From NCBI GenBank assembly GCA_030647355.1, contig JAUSIS010000013.1, positions 177,165 to 241,164 on the forward strand: a stretch of DNA of 64,000 nt, in the 5' to 3' direction. Every line of letters starts with the position of its first letter. The first letter of the stretch is position 1. Origin of the DNA: a bacterium. GTDB lineage: Bacteria > Patescibacteriota > UBA1384 > VFKW01. The notes under the pieces were generated by a model that saw only the letters and a program-made list of their open reading frames with translations, ran no database searches and was not told the DNA's origin. This document shows, piece after piece, positions 59,690 to 64,000 of the stretch. The position numbers and the translations under genes are program-made.

Positions 59690-59860
59690 TTGGCGGAAGG
59701 GGTGGGATTCCTCCTCCCCCGTCGTTTCACTGTGCTGCCGCACCCTGGGCGCTCACATCTCGCTCCCGCCGCATTTGTGCTCGTTATTCCTCGCACGCGG
59801 CCCTCCGGGGCCTGGGAGTCTCGCTGACGGCTCACAAGAAATATTCGCCTTTCCTCCACC
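59690..59860. ncRNA. GC-rich (about 65%) island, candidate structured RNA of unknown class
   Basis: A 170-bp segment with GC content far above flanking DNA, in the gap between two minus-strand CDSs, rich in complementary G/C runs (ggaggaggaatcccacccc, ccccggagggccgcg). No confident match to RNase P, tmRNA or SRP consensus. Confidence 0.3.
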
Positions 59861-59862
59861 TT

Positions 59863-60807
59863 TTACTGCTCATTTTTAAAAAAAGACTCAGCCTGTTTAA
59901 ATGATTTTTCTAGAATATCCAATTGTTCATTTAATCCGTAAAGTGGCGATGTAAGAGATCGCAATCTGAGAACCAATGTATTGGTATCTTCTGAATTTAC
60001 AACTTCATCGGGTCTAAACTCAGGATGTTCAGGATATTGATGCACATGAGCCATAAATGAATCAATATCTTCTTTCACATTTTTTATCGTAATCAAAAAT
60101 AAAGTCCTACTATGGTCAAACCCTTGTCTCTGTTGGCTAATTATTTTTGGATCAACCTTATCAAAATTATCCAGTTGTTTAATTGATGTATCGTGGAGCG
60201 TATTAATCCGTAGCTCAGTCCTCTTAACTTCATCTAGTACTTCAGATTGCACTTTCTCTAATCGTGCAATAACCTCTTCAAATGTGTACCCCTTTTCGGT
60301 AGTAGCTGAGTTTTGGGCAAGCTGTTCGCCTATTTCATGATTTAACTGTATTTTTTCCTTTCCTGTTTGTGCAGCCTTACTGGCCCACTCTTGAGTATCG
60401 GTCGAGATCGGCTCACCGGCAGCTTGTAATATTTTTTCAGCTAACTCGTCCTGCAATATCATTACTTCTCGCTCCAAGTCCTCGCATTCCCTATGCTCCT
60501 TAGGCTCTTGATTATCATCCATAAATCTGTTATTTACCGATATCATAGATCGTAAAAAACTTGCTTCCGATTTACTTGCTCTTAGTTCCGGGACTTTCTC
60601 GGCAAACCCACAGGCAAAAAGCAAACTTTCGGTGTCTTTAATAGTATCACCTGTCAATTCAATTTTAGACAATTCTCTCTTCTGGAGTTCCAGTTTCTCT
60701 CTCGTCGACAAAGTGGGTAATTTACCTTCCTTCTCCCAATCAAACCCGTTGACACCCGGTTCATGTTCCACGATAACCTCCTCATATTTTATTTCTAAAT
60801 CAAGCAA
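59863..60807 (-). CDS. Hypothetical coiled-coil protein
   Basis: 314 aa, highly charged with heptad-like segments. No recognisable motif. Confidence 0.4.
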   Translation of the reverse strand: MLDLEIKYEEVIVEHEPGVNGFDWEKEGKLPTLSTREKLELQKRELSKIELTGDTIKDTESLLFACGFAEKVPELRASKSEASFLRSMISVNNRFMDDNQEPKEHRECEDLEREVMILQDELAEKILQAAGEPISTDTQEWASKAAQTGKEKIQLNHEIGEQLAQNSATTEKGYTFEEVIARLEKVQSEVLDEVKRTELRINTLHDTSIKQLDNFDKVDPKIISQQRQGFDHSRTLFLITIKNVKEDIDSFMAHVHQYPEHPEFRPDEVVNSEDTNTLVLRLRSLTSPLYGLNEQLDILEKSFKQAESFFKNEQ

Positions 60808-60827
60808 TAACCAGGGAAATATTCTAA

Positions 60828-60852
60828 GCGGGACACTCGGGTCTAAAACCTT
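60828..60852. repeat. GGCGGGACACYCGGG motif, copy 2
   Basis: agcgggacactcgggtctaaaacctt, 20 nt upstream of the 59863..60807 start and downstream of tRNA-Ser. Confidence 0.55.
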
Positions 60853-60888
60853 CTGACCCTGTCCTCTGCCACCTGTCTTCTGGATTTG

Positions 60889-60975
60889 CGGTGAGGGTGG
60901 GATTCGAACCCACGGAGCCCTTACGAGCTCAACATCTTAGCAGGATGCTGCCTTCAACCTCTCGGCCACCTCACC
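60889..60975 (-). tRNA. tRNA-Ser (anticodon GCU), class II with long variable arm
   Basis: Reverse complement GGTGAGGTGGCCGAGAGGTTGAAGGCAGCATCCTGCTAAGATGTTGAGCTCGTAAGGGCTCCGTGGGTTCGAATCCCACCCTCACCG. Anticodon loop CT-GCT-AA, GTTCGAATC T-loop. No encoded CCA. Confidence 0.85.
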
Positions 60976-61980
60976 ATATGAATCCAAATACTTCTTAATA
61001 TGTTTAGGATTGTGACTTCCTATTTCTTGAAAATATTTTCTAACATCCTTGGTATCATACAATCTTAAATCTCCACGACAATCTACCTTAGGATGAATAC
61101 CAATCTGCTCTAAAATTATCTTGACCGATTCTATCAAATTCACTGACCGTGAGCTAAATCCTATTTTATAATAAATGTATTGCTTACCTCTCACGGAATA
61201 TCTATGCTTGTACACACATCCATCTGTATCAACCAACCCCCTAACACAAGCTAACGAATATTTCATATCCTTCTTGATCCATTCCGGAATATCAATTTGA
61301 TGTTTAACCTTATTACCCTTAACCAATCCATTCTTTAATAAATACGCTACTAAATTTTTTCTAGAAACCTGAATATTTACTACGGAATTTCGAATTATTT
61401 CGCTGGGCTGAATTCTAAAAAGTTTTATCATCAATTGACAAACATATTTTGCATATTCCCGATCGTCAACCCGATTTAAAGTGATTGTAACCTGATAATC
61501 TGTAATTCCACCATCACCAATCAGTATCCCAAACATTTCTGCTAAATTCACACTTTTTTTGGGGAACAAGACTATTTTTGGACAGCTTATGCTATTTGTC
61601 GAAAAACGCCCTTTGGTTAGCCACCATTCCTCCCACCCTTTTCTCCTTTTCTCCGGATCAGTACAAATTGTTCCATATTTTCTGATTGTTGTCTCTGCAC
61701 CTAATCGGGCAGCTTTTTTTGTTGACCAAAAAGCCGGACGAATTTCAACATCATCTGGTATTTTTATTCCCATATGGCTAACCAACTTATCAACCGCCTT
61801 CTCCGTCATCGAAAAACGCTCCCTCTTCCAATCTGTCAAAGTCCGAACTCCAACTTCGCAGAATACAGACAATTCTAAATTTGACCCAAACACACCCATT
61901 GCTCTGTTTAAAAACTCTGCCTGCTTCCCCTTTAGGAATAACACGCGATTAGAATAATCTTTTTTAATCAATTCCGCCAT
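60937..61980 (-). CDS. LAGLIDADG-family homing endonuclease (double-motif)
   Basis: 347 aa. Two LAGLIDADG motifs (FGILIGDGG and VRGLVDTDGCV). The 3' end overlaps the 5' half of tRNA-Ser(GCU) by 39 nt. Confidence 0.8.
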   Translation of the reverse strand: MAELIKKDYSNRVLFLKGKQAEFLNRAMGVFGSNLELSVFCEVGVRTLTDWKRERFSMTEKAVDKLVSHMGIKIPDDVEIRPAFWSTKKAARLGAETTIRKYGTICTDPEKRRKGWEEWWLTKGRFSTNSISCPKIVLFPKKSVNLAEMFGILIGDGGITDYQVTITLNRVDDREYAKYVCQLMIKLFRIQPSEIIRNSVVNIQVSRKNLVAYLLKNGLVKGNKVKHQIDIPEWIKKDMKYSLACVRGLVDTDGCVYKHRYSVRGKQYIYYKIGFSSRSVNLIESVKIILEQIGIHPKVDCRGDLRLYDTKDVRKYFQEIGSHNPKHIKKYLDSYGEVAERLKAASC

Positions 61981-62058
61981 ATTTCCATTATACTATGTTT
62001 TAAATGTACAATACAGCATCCCGGCCAAGCGGTGGGGGTGAGATTCGTCCAGCTCTTT

Positions 62059-62084
62059 GGCGGGACACTCGGGCCTAGAACCTT
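62059..62084. repeat. GGCGGGACACYCGGG motif, copy 3
   Basis: ggcgggacactcgggcctagaacctt. Preceded at 62030-62053 by gcggtgggggtgagattcgtcc, a degenerate copy of the tRNA-Ser(GCU) 3' end (gcggtgagggtgggattcgaacc). Confidence 0.55.
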
Positions 62085-62171
62085 GTAAGTCCTTCGACTC
62101 GATTCCTCGCTCAGGACATTCGTCTCGTTTGCTCCCTGGTCGAAGACCATGAGCGAGCAAAGCGAGTCGAA

Positions 62172-62261
62172 TGGCGGAGAGTGCAGGATTCGAACCTGCG
62201 AGAGTCTCTCGACCCTTCTGGTTTTCAAGACCAGCGCCATCAACCACTCGGCCAACTCTCC
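62172..62261 (-). tRNA. tRNA-Ser (anticodon UGA), class II, CCA encoded
   Basis: Reverse complement GGAGAGTTGGCCGAGTGGTTGATGGCGCTGGTCTTGAAAACCAGAAGGGTCGAGAGACTCTCGCAGGTTCGAATCCTGCACTCTCCGCCA. Anticodon loop CT-TGA-AA. Confidence 0.85.
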
Positions 62262-62584
62262 ACAAAGGGCTGGATTCAAGACTGTCCCGACCAAACCCCT
62301 GTCCCACTTGAGAGCAATCTATTTGGCAAAGAGAAATAATCATCTATTTTGCCGAGAGATTGAAATCGAGTGGGAGCTCCGGCACCCCACCATTTTATCT
62401 TAATTTACGCTATTAAGCCATTAGATTATATCAGAAAAAGCCCGAAAATCAAGTTATTACGCCTGTACATGCGAAAACCGCATCTCAACAATTGCTGCGA
62501 AAAATCTGTATTTTTGAAATTTGAAATTTGGATTTTGAAATTTACCTGTGTTATATTGTTCCTGTAGAGAAAAAAGGAGAAACT

Positions 62585-64000
62585 ATGGATGATCTCTCAT
62601 CATTCAATCAAACTATGCGTCGCCAAGACGAAGAAACAAACGCTCAAATGCTTGCAGCACAATACAGCGTCCCCTATATAAATCTTATCGGTTATCCAAT
62701 CGCTCCGGACATTCTATCAATAATTCCCCAAGAGCTAGCAGTTAAATATAACTCCATTGCTTTCATGCGAGCCCAAAACAAAGTCCATGTTGCCATACTG
62801 ACCCCGGAAAATCCCGAAATGATCAAATTCCTCCAAGAATTAGCCGTCAAGACAAAATACGAATTCGCCTTTGTTCTCTGTTCTCCCGCCAGCATCAATC
62901 ACGCCCTAGAATTATACAAAACCCTAAAACCCGACCAATCCTCCCATTCGTCCGACCAAATAGACACTTCCCAAACCTCTGCCGATGACATCCTTAAGGA
63001 TGTAAAAAATCTAACCGACCTAAAAGATAAAATCAAAACCATCTCCACCACGCAGCTTCTGGATGTCATTTTCGGTGGAGCAGTAAAAATTGATGCTGCC
63101 GACATCCATCTCGAGCCAGCGGAAAATGGAGTTAGAATTCGCTATCGAATTGATGGAGTCTTGCAGGAAGTCGCCATCCTGCCGCTCGATGTCTATAAGT
63201 CACTCAATTCCCGCATTAAATTTCTCTCCAATCTAAAACTGGACGTGAAAACCACCCCCCAAGATGGTCGCTTCAGCATAAAGACCGGCCCCACCGACAC
63301 CATAGATATTCGTATCTCCACCATGCCTGCCGCCTATGGCGAAATCATTGATATGCGCTTGCTCAACAGTAAAGATGAAATCGTTGACCTTGCCAATCTA
63401 GGAATCCGCCCTGATGCCCTAGCTCTCATCGAAGAAGCCGTCGCCAAACCAAACGGGCTGGTACTAAACACCGGTCCTACCGGTTCCGGTAAAACAACCA
63501 CCTTGTATGCAATACTAAATAAGCTCAACAAACCCGGAATAAAAATAATCACCCTGGAAGACCCAATCGAGTATAAAATACCTAATATCGATCAGGTTCA
63601 AATAAACGCCGAAAAAGGATACACTTTTGCCGCCGCTCTTCGCGCCTCCTTAAGGCAAGACCCGAACATTATTATGGTTGGGGAGATGCGTGACAAGGAG
63701 ACAGCCGAGATCGGTCTGCAAGCCGCTATGACTGGACATTTGGTATTATCAACCCTACACACCAACAATGCACCCGCCTCACTCGGTCGCCTCATGGATA
63801 TGGGTATTGAGCCCTATCTTCTAGCCGGCTCCATCAACCTGATTATCGCCCAAAGGTTAGTACGAAAAGTCTGCGTAAGCTGTAAAGGCAAAGGCTGCTC
63901 TATCTGCAATCATACCGGTTTCAAAGGCCGTATTGCGATCATTGAATGCCTGAAACCTAATGATGTTATAAACAATCTAATTATCCGAAAAGCCCCTCTC
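62585..64000 (+). CDS. Type IV pilus / type II secretion assembly ATPase (PilB/GspE family), 3'-partial
   Basis: RBS aaaggag. N-terminal GSPII-like domain. Walker A GPTGSGKTT, Asp box, Walker B MVGEMRD, His box, and a CxxC...CxxC tetracysteine motif. Runs off the window end. Confidence 0.9.
   Translation, partial: MDDLSSFNQTMRRQDEETNAQMLAAQYSVPYINLIGYPIAPDILSIIPQELAVKYNSIAFMRAQNKVHVAILTPENPEMIKFLQELAVKTKYEFAFVLCSPASINHALELYKTLKPDQSSHSSDQIDTSQTSADDILKDVKNLTDLKDKIKTISTTQLLDVIFGGAVKIDAADIHLEPAENGVRIRYRIDGVLQEVAILPLDVYKSLNSRIKFLSNLKLDVKTTPQDGRFSIKTGPTDTIDIRISTMPAAYGEIIDMRLLNSKDEIVDLANLGIRPDALALIEEAVAKPNGLVLNTGPTGSGKTTTLYAILNKLNKPGIKIITLEDPIEYKIPNIDQVQINAEKGYTFAAALRASLRQDPNIIMVGEMRDKETAEIGLQAAMTGHLVLSTLHTNNAPASLGRLMDMGIEPYLLAGSINLIIAQRLVRKVCVSCKGKGCSICNHTGFKGRIAIIECLKPNDVINNLIIRKAPL

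Noticed and set aside
59690-59860. Assigning the GC-rich island to RNase P RNA, tmRNA or SRP RNA
   Set aside because: It is too short for RNase P, lacks a tmRNA tag-reading frame or CCA-ended tRNA-like domain, and the SRP domain-IV consensus is not recognisable. Kept only as an unclassified candidate.
62692-63795. Minus-strand ORFs 62692..62898, 62899..63105, 63334..63552 and 63598..63795
   Set aside because: They lie antisense to the strongly supported PilB/GspE ATPase reading frame (Walker A/B, His box).

Overview
Low-GC (about 30-50%, heterogeneous) bacterial chromosomal window. Gene content and dispersed repeats suggest an uncultivated small-genome lineage, possibly CPR/Patescibacteria-like, but that is a guess. 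The first 14 kb carries nucleotide-metabolism housekeeping genes (pyrG, purF, hppA, guaA, pyrB, purC). About 44 kb (14.4-58.2 kb) is one large cell-surface glycan locus. It holds nucleotide-sugar pathways for GDP-D-glycero-alpha-D-manno-heptose (hddA-gmhA-gmhB-hddC), GDP-L-fucose (gmd-fcl), dTDP-L-rhamnose (rfbACBD), UDP-glucuronate (ugd) and UDP-galactose (two galE). It also holds at least nine GT2/GT4 glycosyltransferases, GtrA/GtrB-like and Dpm1-like polyprenyl-phosphate sugar modules with large GT-C-like membrane proteins, two Wzx flippases, two Wzy/O-antigen-ligase-like proteins and two methyltransferases. An activated-methyl cycle is embedded in it (SAM-I riboswitch-metK, pfkB-type kinase, ahcY). 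The 3' end has two hypothetical membrane proteins, a coiled-coil protein, a LAGLIDADG homing endonuclease between two tRNA-Ser genes, and a partial PilB/GspE ATPase. Unusual features: (1) three cases where a short decayed copy of a gene's 3' end (pyrB, ahcY, galE) lies a few hundred bp to 2.7 kb beyond the intact gene, bracketing an inserted segment (guaA; an AAA-ATPase plus HicAB toxin-antitoxin island; a TPR membrane protein); (2) two co-occurring dispersed repeat families, one of which is inserted in-frame into ahcY like a Rickettsia palindromic element; (3) a tandem array of about 145-bp repeats with a periodic GRYATCTCG motif; (4) a 63-aa cysteine-rich peptide gene; (5) a 44-nt 5'-UTR hairpin shared by two glycan operons; (6) a 170-bp GC-rich island that may be a structured RNA. 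Family assignments come from motif recognition in the translated ORFs, with no database search.
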